Numbered from the stretch's first letter, positions 29,347 through 38,120 are shown. The stretch: DNA of 64,000 nucleotides from an uncultured Peptococcaceae bacterium (GCA_965546615.1 CBEUVQ010000005.1:9272-73271); one strand, 5' to 3'. The notes: generated by a model not told the origin, from the letters alone. Numbers and translations: made by a program.

Positions 29347-30703
29347 CCACCGCCACCCACTGCTGCTCATTGTGCAGTTTTTTCATTTCAATAAACAGCC
29401 AAATTACCGTAATTGCTGCTGAAATAATATCAGATATCGGCAGCGCATAAAGTATTCCGTTCAATCCATAAAAGCGCGGCAGAATCAACAGCAGCGGGAT
29501 TAAAATTAATACCTGTCTGGACAAGCTTAAAAACATTGCTTGTTTGGGTTTACCCACCGCCTGAAAATATCCGGCACCGACAATTTGAAATCCAATAACC
29601 GGTAAAAGCAAAAAAGTAACATATAACGCATATGTTCCAAAATGGATTAGTTCTTCATCATTATCATTAAACAAACTAATTATTTCTTGAGGAAACATCC
29701 GGGAAAAAACAAAACCGACAGTGATAATTACTGTTGCGGCAGTAACAGCCAGTTTTAAAGTTTCTTTTACCCGAGGATAGTTTTTTGCGCCGTAGTTAAA
29801 ACCGATAATCGGCTGCGCTCCTTGATTAATGCCAATTACCGGCATTAAAATTATCATTAAAATACTGTTTATTATCCCCATGCCGGCAACAGCTGTATCG
29901 CCGCCATATTCACTTAATCCGTTATTCATAATCACATTTAAAAGGCTCGCTGCCAACTGCATCGCAAAAGGTGCGGAACCAATGACAACAATTTTTTTAA
30001 CTACCGAAGCCTGCAAGCGCAGGTTATCAACATACAATTTTAACAAGCTGTTCCCGCTTAAAAAGTAATACAGCACCCACACCGCCGAAATCATTTGCGA
30101 CAGTACCGTTGCTATTGCCGCTCCGCTTATGCCCATGTCGAAAAGGAAAATAAAAATCGGATCAAAAATAATATTTAAAAGACCGCCAATAACCATAGTA
30201 TACATCGCAATTTTCGGGTTGCCTTCCGCCCGAATAAAATTATTCAACCCAAAACCAATTGTCATTAACACCGAACCTGCTAAAATAATGCGTAAGTAAT
30301 CACGGGCATAAGGCAGCACCGTACTGCTTGCACCAAACAGCTTAAGAAGCGGGGTAACAGCAGCTAATCCGATAATGGTAATTGCCAGTGAAACAACTAC
30401 CAGCAGTACAAGCGCATTGCCAAGTATCAGCTCTGCTTCGGATTTTTTCTGCGCACCTAAATTAATTGAAATTAATGAATTCGCCCCAAAACCGATCAGC
30501 ATAGCAAAAGCCATCGAAATAATCATAATCGGAAAGCTAATGGTAATACCGGCAATACCCAGAGATCCAACTGCATTGCCGACGAATATCCGATCGACAA
30601 CATTGTACAGCGCATTAACCATCATTCCAATTATTGCCGGTACGGAAAATTTAACCAACAGTACACTTACCTTTTCTTCTGCCAACTGCTTAGAGCGATC
30701 CAT
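29339..30703 (-). CDS. MATE family efflux transporter
   Basis: 454 aa with about 12 TM segments. The N-terminal FSVPAIIGMMVNALYNVVDRIFVG pattern is typical of MATE transporters. Confidence 0.85.
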   Translation of the reverse strand: MDRSKQLAEEKVSVLLVKFSVPAIIGMMVNALYNVVDRIFVGNAVGSLGIAGITISFPIMIISMAFAMLIGFGANSLISINLGAQKKSEAELILGNALVLLVVVSLAITIIGLAAVTPLLKLFGASSTVLPYARDYLRIILAGSVLMTIGFGLNNFIRAEGNPKIAMYTMVIGGLLNIIFDPIFIFLFDMGISGAAIATVLSQMISAVWVLYYFLSGNSLLKLYVDNLRLQASVVKKIVVIGSAPFAMQLAASLLNVIMNNGLSEYGGDTAVAGMGIINSILMIILMPVIGINQGAQPIIGFNYGAKNYPRVKETLKLAVTAATVIITVGFVFSRMFPQEIISLFNDNDEELIHFGTYALYVTFLLLPVIGFQIVGAGYFQAVGKPKQAMFLSLSRQVLILIPLLLILPRFYGLNGILYALPISDIISAAITVIWLFIEMKKLHNEQQWVAVEK

Positions 30704-30886
30704 GTCATTTTCCTTTCTTTTGGTAATAATACTTGCCGTTGTTTTACTATTCTACAATATAAAGCACCGGTCAGAATACTGCTAAAGACTTGTATATTGA
30801 TAAAATATTTTACTGTTTTTTTTGCAAAAACGTAGTAATTATAGTAAATTTAATTAGTATAATAAAAACCGGTTATTTTTAAGGAG

Positions 30887-31483
30887 ATGATTCTGTTGCA
30901 CGATATGCTGGTAAAAGAAGTAATGATTCCTATAAACGATTATCCCACAATAAATATGAACGCCACCATTGGTGAAGCCATTAAAATATTAAGAAAAACA
31001 TTTGTGCAAGACAGCAAAAACGGCCGTATGTTTCGCGGTCCCAGGTCAATCATTGTACTGGATGATGAAAAAGATGAAAAAATAGTAGGCATTTTAACTC
31101 TGCGTTCTTTATTAAAAGCAATTGAACTGGAAGCAAACGAAAAAAACACTTTTTTAACCATTACTTCTTGGGCACTGTTTTTTAAAAAAAATGAAATAGA
31201 TAAACACCTCGGCATTAAAGTTAAAGACATTATGCGCAGTGTTGACTTAGCATATATCTATGAAAATGACACCATTACCCAAGCAGTACATATGATACTA
31301 AGCAAACAGGTTAACTCGCTGCCGGTATTAGAAAATCCAATTATTTCGAAATTGACAATGGGCGAGTACCCGTTAGACAACTCTAAAGTCGTCGGTATCC
31401 TCCGCACTATTGACATCTTTGCAATTATCGGAGATGTTTTGGAATTAGACGACAATGTAATTACCTTCCCGGGGTGTAAATAA
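30887..31483 (+). CDS. CBS domain-containing protein
   Basis: Two CBS-like repeats are present (VKEVMIP...ILTLRSLLKAI and VKDIMRS...GILRTIDIFAII). The true start is probably TTG 30896, 9 nt after an AAGGAG SD. Confidence 0.7.
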   Translation: MILLHDMLVKEVMIPINDYPTINMNATIGEAIKILRKTFVQDSKNGRMFRGPRSIIVLDDEKDEKIVGILTLRSLLKAIELEANEKNTFLTITSWALFFKKNEIDKHLGIKVKDIMRSVDLAYIYENDTITQAVHMILSKQVNSLPVLENPIISKLTMGEYPLDNSKVVGILRTIDIFAIIGDVLELDDNVITFPGCK

Positions 31484-31791
31484 GAGCGCAGATCTACCCC
31501 CAACCAGCATGCTCACTCCCTCTTATCGCCAACTTCATCATTTAGTTATCAAACCGCCGGCTGCCGCCTCCGGCACTGTTGATGCCACCGGCTTTTCAGT
31601 CGGTGCATGGCTTATGCCAACCATTACCCGGCAGCAATTAATTTACTGCACTGCCTACCTTAACAATGCGGCAATTTTTGCGCATCCCAAACACGATTAA
31701 GATCACTGCTCTTTTTTCTTTTCTCCAATCACTGTTTAAAACAAATTCCATATTATGGTATTAACCGTATTGTTTTGGGGAGGTACGTTCC

Positions 31792-32166
31792 GTGATTAAA
31801 TGGCTGCGCAAAAAAAAGAAAAGAGAAGCTTCTTCTCTCCCGTACAGCCGCGATCATATTCAAGAAGATGAGGTAGAACTGCAGCTTGAAGATATGACCA
31901 TTAAACTTAGTCGTAAATTGAACTTATTTGTACCTCATGAAATCACCGTGGTAATTCCCCGGGTGGAACTGCGTGATCGTCAATATGCCAACGGTGAGCT
32001 GGTATCTGAACAAGAAAGAATTTATAACAGCGTAACATTAGTACACGCTCCCCGTCATCCCCGGGAAACCCTGCCGGAATTCGCCGGCAAACCGCCCGGT
32101 TCATATTCACCGCTGCCCGGCCCAAAAAACAAAAAAGATCACGTTAAACAGCACAACAAAACCTAA
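31792..32166 (+). CDS. hypothetical protein (124 aa, basic termini, Pro-rich C-terminus)
   Basis: GTG start with a GGGGAGG SD 8 nt upstream. I recognise no family. Confidence 0.5.
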   Translation: MIKWLRKKKKREASSLPYSRDHIQEDEVELQLEDMTIKLSRKLNLFVPHEITVVIPRVELRDRQYANGELVSEQERIYNSVTLVHAPRHPRETLPEFAGKPPGSYSPLPGPKNKKDHVKQHNKT

Positions 32167-32187
32167 GGAAACACCTTAGGTTTTGTT
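32156..32187. terminator. bidirectional terminator embedded in the 3' ends of two convergent genes
   Basis: The stem CCTAAGG/CCTTAGG has an A-run on one side and TTTTGTT on the other. The stop codons of both convergent ORFs lie in its left arm. Confidence 0.7.
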
Positions 32188-32558
32188 AAATCCGGTCTTA
32201 AGCATTTAGCTGCCCTTAAATACTGATGTTTAATTTCTTGTTGTGTTTTGGTGGTGTTGACATGCAGCAGCACCCGAATGCAGTACGGCAGGCTGTCGAC
32301 AACATCCAGCTCCTGCATGCACATCAGCGGAACGGCAGTCCAACCTATTTCACGGGCTGCTTTTGCCGGATACACCGCATTGATGTCCTTGGTGGCGGTA
32401 AAAATCACACTGACAATGTCTTCTAATTTAATGTTGTTTTCCGCAACGATCTGCTGCAAAAGTTCTTTTGTGGCAGCAGTAATTTCTTCCGAATTGTTAT
32501 TTTCAACAGTGATCGCTCCGCGAATTCCGCGAACTTTGACATCACTCATGCCAACCAC
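32163..32558 (-). CDS. aroH: chorismate mutase, AroH class
   Basis: VRGIRGAITVENNNSEEITAATKELLQQI is the typical AroH N-terminus. The ORF is 131 aa. Confidence 0.85.
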   Translation of the reverse strand: MVGMSDVKVRGIRGAITVENNNSEEITAATKELLQQIVAENNIKLEDIVSVIFTATKDINAVYPAKAAREIGWTAVPLMCMQELDVVDSLPYCIRVLLHVNTTKTQQEIKHQYLRAAKCLRPDLTKPKVFP

Positions 32559-32561
32559 CTG

Positions 32562-33002
32562 CTATAAAGACGGTGCTGATGAAACAGCTCGATGCCCAAT
32601 GCCGATAGCCACTTCATCTAAATGCAGTAAGCCCACGCCAAAGAATACCGCAACAATTACATGATCCTGCTGCCGAGCAATGCCGATTTTTCCACCTAAA
32701 TTTAAGCCCACTGCTTTCGGCATTACCATAGCCATTGCCTCTCTTGTTGCCCCGGCAACGGCACCTTCTTCGGCATGAACTTCTTTAATTACCCCTTCAC
32801 GCTTGGCGGCAACAACCGCCCTTTCAATAATTTTATGTATCGAATTTATAAAATCCCCACCGTAATCAACAGCAGCGGTGTGAATACCTTCTTTGGCATA
32901 TTTTGCTTTGAGTGCTCTTTCTTCATCTCTGCTCTCAGTCAACGCCATCTCAACAGCTACTTTGGCAACTTTTCTGCTTCCCTGAAGGGGACTTTTCGTC
33001 AT
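32562..33002 (-). CDS. HutP family RNA-binding regulatory protein
   Basis: About 146 aa from ATG 33002. HAEEGAVAGATREAMAMV and the C-terminal FGVGLLHLDEVAIGIGH resemble B. subtilis HutP. The stop lies 3 nt before the aroH start. The ORF track extends to 33086. Confidence 0.75.
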   Translation of the reverse strand: MTKSPLQGSRKVAKVAVEMALTESRDEERALKAKYAKEGIHTAAVDYGGDFINSIHKIIERAVVAAKREGVIKEVHAEEGAVAGATREAMAMVMPKAVGLNLGGKIGIARQQDHVIVAVFFGVGLLHLDEVAIGIGHRAVSSAPSL

Positions 33003-33082
33003 ACCCCGTAACACCTCGCAAACTAAAATGCACTCCATCACCGGGAGTGCTGAAGCTATTATATTACAGCAGTCTGTCAAAA

Positions 33083-33559
33083 TCAATCGATATTTTTTAT
33101 TTTCACCGTACCTACCGGAACAACCGTACCGTTTACAGTTAATTTATGCCCCGCCGCAGGAGCGGCAACGCCAGGGGTGATATTTAAAACCCGCACTATA
33201 ATTTGATGCTGATAAAAAGTACCGTCAATTTCCAACACGTCTTCATTTGAAACCGGTACTGTAACATAGCGATCTTTAAACTCGGCAAATTCCGCACCGT
33301 TTATCAGCACTTTCAAATGCGGCAGCGCACTGAAATTTTCCAAATAAAGAGTAATATGTTCATCCTGCCAGTGCACCGTATTATTTTCCGAAGCTGCCCC
33401 GGTATCCGTTCCTACCCTGGCCATTACCGTTCGAAAAGGGTCATCTACCACCATTGCTTGGACAACAACTAAAACCACTGCCGTTAAAATAACCAGGCGC
33501 ATTATCAGTTTATCAGCTTTATTAATAAAGCTGTCTGTTTTCTTACTTCTCACCAACAA
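33083..33559 (-). CDS. hypothetical membrane-anchored protein (about 156 aa)
   Basis: It has a single N-terminal TM segment (LVILTAVVLVVVQAMVV) followed by a beta-rich domain. An AAGGGG SD precedes a TTG/GTG start cluster. I recognise no family. Confidence 0.5.
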   Translation of the reverse strand: MLVRSKKTDSFINKADKLIMRLVILTAVVLVVVQAMVVDDPFRTVMARVGTDTGAASENNTVHWQDEHITLYLENFSALPHLKVLINGAEFAEFKDRYVTVPVSNEDVLEIDGTFYQHQIIVRVLNITPGVAAPAAGHKLTVNGTVVPVGTVKIKNID

Positions 33560-33613
33560 CGCCCCTTATCATCGGTTTGTTGTTATATATGTGCGGAGAA
33601 GCAAAATTATTCC

Positions 33614-34075
33614 TTAACGAGCATTATATTTGCGCTCTAAATGCTCACGGTAGCTCTTTAATTCTTCGGATATTTTAAACAGCAGCCTTTCAATGCCGTA
33701 TTTAGATAATTGAATGGTTTGTGGTTCCAGTATTTCAATCTTACGAAAATCTTCTCGGGCAATAAAACGCAAAACATCCTGCAGAGTATCAGCACTAACG
33801 GTAAGCACAACCGGTGCATAAGCTACATCACTGTGGTTAATATCGTCGTAAACGGTATAAACCTCGATGCTCATATCGATATCTTCAATGGCTATTCCCT
33901 GAATCGGCACATTGCGAAACATTGCCACCTGCTGCTCTCTTACTTCTTCGGCAGCCTTTTCTGTGTTTTTTCCACCAAAAAAGAGTTTTCCCGGTTTGCC
34001 AACACCTTTAAAATCCAGTCGTATTTTAGCCCGAACATGATTGTTCGTCGTCTGTTCCTCAGTATGTGTGCTCAA
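33614..34075 (-). CDS. hypothetical protein (153 aa)
   Basis: TTG start with an AGGAGGGG SD 7 nt upstream. The composition is soluble. I recognise no family. Confidence 0.55.
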   Translation of the reverse strand: MSTHTEEQTTNNHVRAKIRLDFKGVGKPGKLFFGGKNTEKAAEEVREQQVAMFRNVPIQGIAIEDIDMSIEVYTVYDDINHSDVAYAPVVLTVSADTLQDVLRFIAREDFRKIEILEPQTIQLSKYGIERLLFKISEELKSYREHLERKYNAR

Positions 34076-34158
34076 AAAACGCCCCTCCTAAGGAGAATAA
34101 AATTCTACAAATATTGATATAGATATTCTCCTCAGCGTGGAAAAAATCCTGCTAACAA

Positions 34159-34398
34159 TTACCACTCAATGTCTCTCGCACCACAAACAGGACAGGTATC
34201 AAAGTAATGTTCAGGATCTTCGTATGCTTCTTGAGCATCATCAATATCCGCCCCTTGACATTCCATAGTGCTGATTGAGCCATCTTCTTCAAACTTTGCC
34301 ACCAAGCCATAAGGCAGGTTATCAGCTGTGTCTGATGCAGACGAAACTATTGAAGATGCTAAACTGCTGTCATTTCCACAACAACGGCAGCGCGGCAT
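34159..34398 (-). CDS. small zinc-ribbon protein (79 aa)
   Basis: CRCCG near the N-terminus and CPVCG near the C-terminus form a four-Cys ribbon. A GGAGG SD lies 8 nt before the ATG. Confidence 0.5.
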   Translation of the reverse strand: MPRCRCCGNDSSLASSIVSSASDTADNLPYGLVAKFEEDGSISTMECQGADIDDAQEAYEDPEHYFDTCPVCGARDIEW

Positions 34399-34448
34399 AA
34401 GGACAGCCTCCTTTTAGTTATTTAATAGTTTTAATATAACGTTTTTTG

Positions 34449-35243
34449 TCATTTCATATGCATTGGCTGTTTATGTTTATTTCGATATCGATTTTTTTTC
34501 ACATTTGGAGCGGCAATTAAACCGGCTGCTTTTTTCAACGCACGCACTTCTGCTTTACTTAATTCCCGTACTTCCCCCGAACCAAGTTTGCGCAGCTCCA
34601 GAGGTCCCATTCTGGTGCGCACCAGTCTTAGTACCGGGTGACCTATATGTTCACACATCCGCCGCACCTGACGGTTTCTGCCTTCATAAATGGTGATCTC
34701 TAAAAGGGCATTGTTGTTTAAAACATGCGTTAAGTAAACTTTTGCTGGAGCGGTAACGCCATCCTCCAATTTTATCCCGCGGGATAACCGCTCTAATTTA
34801 TCCAGTGTCGGCAGACCTTTAACTCTGACTTTATATGTTTTGGCAATCTTATGTTTAGGGTGAGTGAGTGCATAGGTTAGTTCTCCATCGTTGGTAAGCA
34901 GCAGCAGTCCTTCGGAATCGTAATCCAATCTGCCTACCGGATAAATACGTTCTTTAACATCCATTTGTTCTTTTACTAAATCAATTACGGTTTTGCGGCT
35001 GCGTTCATCACTGACGGTGCTGACATAACCCCGCGGCTTATTGATCATGATGTAAACATATTCTTTTTTCGCTGTTACTCTGCGGTTGTTGACATGGACT
35101 ATGTCTTTCTCCGGATTTATTTTTATGCCCAGTTCCTGTACTACTTTACCGTTTACCTTTACTTTGCCTTCCAAAATAAGTTCTTCACATTTTCGCCGTG
35201 AAGCCACTCCGGCATGAGCCAAAAATTTCTGCAATCGTTCCAT
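34449..35243 (-). CDS. rluB: pseudouridine synthase, RluB/RsuA family
   Basis: An S4 domain (MERLQKFLAHAGVASRRKCE) and the catalytic motif GRLDYDSEGLLLLTNDG are present. ATG 35243 has a GGAAAGGA SD. The ORF track extends to 35456. Confidence 0.9.
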   Translation of the reverse strand: MERLQKFLAHAGVASRRKCEELILEGKVKVNGKVVQELGIKINPEKDIVHVNNRRVTAKKEYVYIMINKPRGYVSTVSDERSRKTVIDLVKEQMDVKERIYPVGRLDYDSEGLLLLTNDGELTYALTHPKHKIAKTYKVRVKGLPTLDKLERLSRGIKLEDGVTAPAKVYLTHVLNNNALLEITIYEGRNRQVRRMCEHIGHPVLRLVRTRMGPLELRKLGSGEVRELSKAEVRALKKAAGLIAAPNVKKNRYRNKHKQPMHMK

Positions 35244-35434
35244 AAGTGACGTCCTTTCCGGCCAAGGATTTATCTTCAAGAATACAGCTTCATCAAAGAA
35301 AATTGTCTGACTGTTTATCTCCGGCAGACCCGGCTGTTCACTGCCATGTGTTTTCCGTTTAAATGAGACAGCGAGCGCCGCTCTTTTCGGCTGTAACGCT
35401 ATCCGGTAAATTCCTTGGCTTCGTTTTCTTGATA

Positions 35435-35462
35435 GTAAAAATACCCAGTTAAACAACCGGGC
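35435..35462 (-). terminator. intrinsic terminator candidate after spmB
   Basis: A 7-bp stem CCCGGTT/AACTGGG (one G-U pair) with loop GTTT is followed by TATTTTTAC. Confidence 0.5.
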
Positions 35463-35499
35463 ATACCTGCTATTCTACATTAAATTGGAAAATCCTCTC

Positions 35500-36033
35500 T
35501 TAATTAAACATCGCATGAGCGATAAACAGCGATGCCGCCAACGTGGTAAAATCGGCACACAAACCGCTGGCCACCGCATAACGGTATCTGCGCACCCCTA
35601 CCGAACCGAAATAGAGCGTCAGCACGTAAAACGTGGTGTCGCTGCTGCCCTGCATAGTAGACACCAACCTGCCAATAAAGCTGTCCGGGCCGTGGGTTTT
35701 AATTAAATCAGCGGCAATACCCAGTGCCGCCCCACCGGAAAGCGGGCGCATAACGGCATGCGGCAAAACCTCCGCCGGAAACCCGATTTTGTCTAAAAAC
35801 GGCGACAGCGCATCCGCCATTAACTGCATTGCTCCGGACTCCCGAAAAACATTTACCGCCACCAGCATGGCCACCAAAAACGGAATTGTTTTTACAGCAG
35901 TAGAAAATCCCGCCTCTGCCCCTTCAACAAAAGTTTCAAAGACCGGCACCTTTTTAATGAATGCTGCTAACGGCACTACCAACAAAATAAAGGGAATAGC
36001 CCAGCGGGAGATCTCATTAATCAGCTGATACAT
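35500..36033 (-). CDS. spmB: spore maturation protein B
   Basis: It is a nucleoside-recognition-type membrane protein. ATG 36033 (MYQLINEISRW) follows the spmA stop closely. The spmA-spmB-rluB order matches B. subtilis. Confidence 0.8.
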   Translation of the reverse strand: MYQLINEISRWAIPFILLVVPLAAFIKKVPVFETFVEGAEAGFSTAVKTIPFLVAMLVAVNVFRESGAMQLMADALSPFLDKIGFPAEVLPHAVMRPLSGGAALGIAADLIKTHGPDSFIGRLVSTMQGSSDTTFYVLTLYFGSVGVRRYRYAVASGLCADFTTLAASLFIAHAMFN

Positions 36034-36037
36034 ACCG

Positions 36038-36625
36038 CTACCCCCGTGTCTTGTAAATTTGCCTGAAAATTCGGTCAGCAATAACTGCTGCCGACATGCC
36101 GCAAACAGTGGCAAATATTGTGGTGCCGACAATAGCGGTAGGGTCCTGTGAACCGTACATTAACCGGATGCCGATAATGGTAGTAGGTATTAATGTAATG
36201 CAGGATGTATTTAATGCCAAAAAAGTACACATTGCTTCGGTGGCGGTATCAGGTTTGTGATTGAGTTTCTGCATTTCCTGCATCGCTATTAATCCCATTG
36301 GGGTAGCGGCATTAGATAATCCCAGTACATTAGCGGAAAGATTCATCACAATTGCCCCCATTGCGGGGTGATCTTTCGGGATACTTGGAAATAAAAATGC
36401 GGTAATTGGGCGCACCAAGCGGGCCAGCATCTTTACTAAGCCGGCGGCTTCAGCCAGTTTCATAATCCCCAGCCAAAAGGTCATCACCGAGATCAAACTT
36501 ATACTTACTTTTACAGCAGCATCCGCTCCTTCAAATGCCGCCTTGGTAACCGCTTCAATGTTGCCTTGAATACCGGCAACAATAATACTCATTGCGATCA
36601 TTATTAACCATATGTAATTAACCAC
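36038..36625 (-). CDS. spmA: spore maturation protein A
   Basis: 195-aa membrane protein with the N-terminus MVNYIWLIMI typical of SpmA. The start is GTG with a GGGGGTGAAG SD. Confidence 0.85.
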   Translation of the reverse strand: MVNYIWLIMIAMSIIVAGIQGNIEAVTKAAFEGADAAVKVSISLISVMTFWLGIMKLAEAAGLVKMLARLVRPITAFLFPSIPKDHPAMGAIVMNLSANVLGLSNAATPMGLIAMQEMQKLNHKPDTATEAMCTFLALNTSCITLIPTTIIGIRLMYGSQDPTAIVGTTIFATVCGMSAAVIADRIFRQIYKTRG

Positions 36626-36707
36626 TTCTTCACCCCCAACAGCTCGTCAGTCTTGTCCTATATAAAAGGTTATGAAGGGTGAAGATTAATTAGAACCTAA
36701 TTAGATT

Positions 36708-38045
36708 TTACCGACAGTTAGTATCTTCCGTTTCAAAATATCGTTTCGGAATAATGACGTGTTCTAAAAGTATGCATAACAGCATGCCGGCAACAAACCC
36801 GTTTCCTAAAACATAGCGCAGTATTACCGGCACACCGGCAAAAACTGCCGGAGATAAACTTAACAACCCGCTGCCAACCAGCAGAGGAATACCGATGACA
36901 AAATATTCTCTCCCGGTAAGCTTTAGACGCGCATAGTCCTTCAATGCAAAGCCCAACATTTGGCAGAAAGAAACCATAACTACCGAATAACCTACCGGCT
37001 CGGGAACAGAACTAAGAAACATCCCTACAGGAGGAAAAAGGCCCAGTGCCATCATTACCGCCGCAAACAAGTAAAACGGCAGCCGTGAAGCAACACCGGT
37101 CAAACTGACTAAACCTGCACTGGCTGAATAAGGAACCACCCCTACAGTCGCCCCCAAACCGGAAAGCACGTCGGCAATGCCGGTAAAAGCAACCGCACGG
37201 TTATAAGCCTTAGGCTGCAGTTTAACTTCCAGCGTTCGTTCCATCGCTATGATGCTGGCTACCAGATTGGACAGCACCAATATACCTGTCAAAACACACA
37301 CTAATAAAATTCCCGGGTCGACTGTGGGCATCCCCCAGGCAAACAGCGCAGGAAACTGCATTAAAGGTGCACCGGCGATATCGGCATCGGACGCTAAACC
37401 CAGCGGTACAGCAGCCAGCCAGCCGACAGCAGTGCCAATTAAAATGGCAATACTGCGCACAAACCCGGCTGCTCTAAGATTAACAAAAACCACCACTGCC
37501 ACCACCAAAAGTGAAAGCATCGCCGCGGTGGGGTTAATTGCGGGATGATCGGTGGTAATTCCCAGCATACCTTTTACAAATGAGCCGGAAAGCTGCAGTG
37601 TTAAAAGCATCAATACCGTTCCGGTAACAGCGGGCGTAAAGAGTTTTAACGCCCGTCCCATCAGTCCGGTTAATCCCATAACAATCAGCACCAGCCCGGC
37701 TGCAATTACACCGGCTTCCAAATCAGTGCGCAGCACCGCTAAATCTTTGCCCAATGCCGGTGCCATTGCTGCCAATGTGATAAATATTCCCCACCACATT
37801 CCTGCCGGTCCTTCAATAATCGGCAGTCTGTGACCGAACATCGCCTGTAATATCGAAGCCAAAGAAGCGTAAAACATTGTCCGCTGAGCCAGTTCCGCAA
37901 TGCCCCTTTGGTCTAATCCTAAAGCAGTACCCACTACCAGCGGCACAACTGATACATTTACTAAGTTAAAAGCCAACCACTGCAGTGAATAAAGAAACAC
38001 ACGCAAAACAGGAGGCCTATCGTCAGGTTGATATAATACCGCCAT
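36708..38045 (-). CDS. nucleobase (purine/uracil-xanthine type) permease, NCS2/SLC23-like
   Basis: 445 aa, polytopic. The pattern FGHRLPIIEGPAGMWW is typical of this transporter class. Confidence 0.7.
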   Translation of the reverse strand: MAVLYQPDDRPPVLRVFLYSLQWLAFNLVNVSVVPLVVGTALGLDQRGIAELAQRTMFYASLASILQAMFGHRLPIIEGPAGMWWGIFITLAAMAPALGKDLAVLRTDLEAGVIAAGLVLIVMGLTGLMGRALKLFTPAVTGTVLMLLTLQLSGSFVKGMLGITTDHPAINPTAAMLSLLVVAVVVFVNLRAAGFVRSIAILIGTAVGWLAAVPLGLASDADIAGAPLMQFPALFAWGMPTVDPGILLVCVLTGILVLSNLVASIIAMERTLEVKLQPKAYNRAVAFTGIADVLSGLGATVGVVPYSASAGLVSLTGVASRLPFYLFAAVMMALGLFPPVGMFLSSVPEPVGYSVVMVSFCQMLGFALKDYARLKLTGREYFVIGIPLLVGSGLLSLSPAVFAGVPVILRYVLGNGFVAGMLLCILLEHVIIPKRYFETEDTNCR

Positions 38046-38061
38046 GCTATTTCTTCTCCTT

Positions 38062-38095
38062 TTTAAAAATAAGAAAACGCCATCCGCATGACGTT
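38062..38095 (-). promoter_or_regulatory. terminator-like hairpin in the very short 5' leader of the permease gene
   Basis: The minus strand reads AACGTCAT-GCGG-ATGGCGTT followed by TTCTTATTTTT. It ends about 30 nt before the start codon and begins about 15 nt after a TATAAT box (plus 38111-38116). Confidence 0.35.
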
Positions 38096-38120
38096 TTAAT
38101 TACTATATGAATTATAGCAT

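Noticed and set aside
32100-35460. HutP/TRAP-type arrays of UAG or GAG triplets at 7-nt phase near the HutP gene cluster.
   Set aside because: Visual scanning of both strands found only irregularly spaced NAG triplets (for example TAG, CAG and GAG at 8- and 10-nt spacing in the rluB leader). No binding array is claimed.
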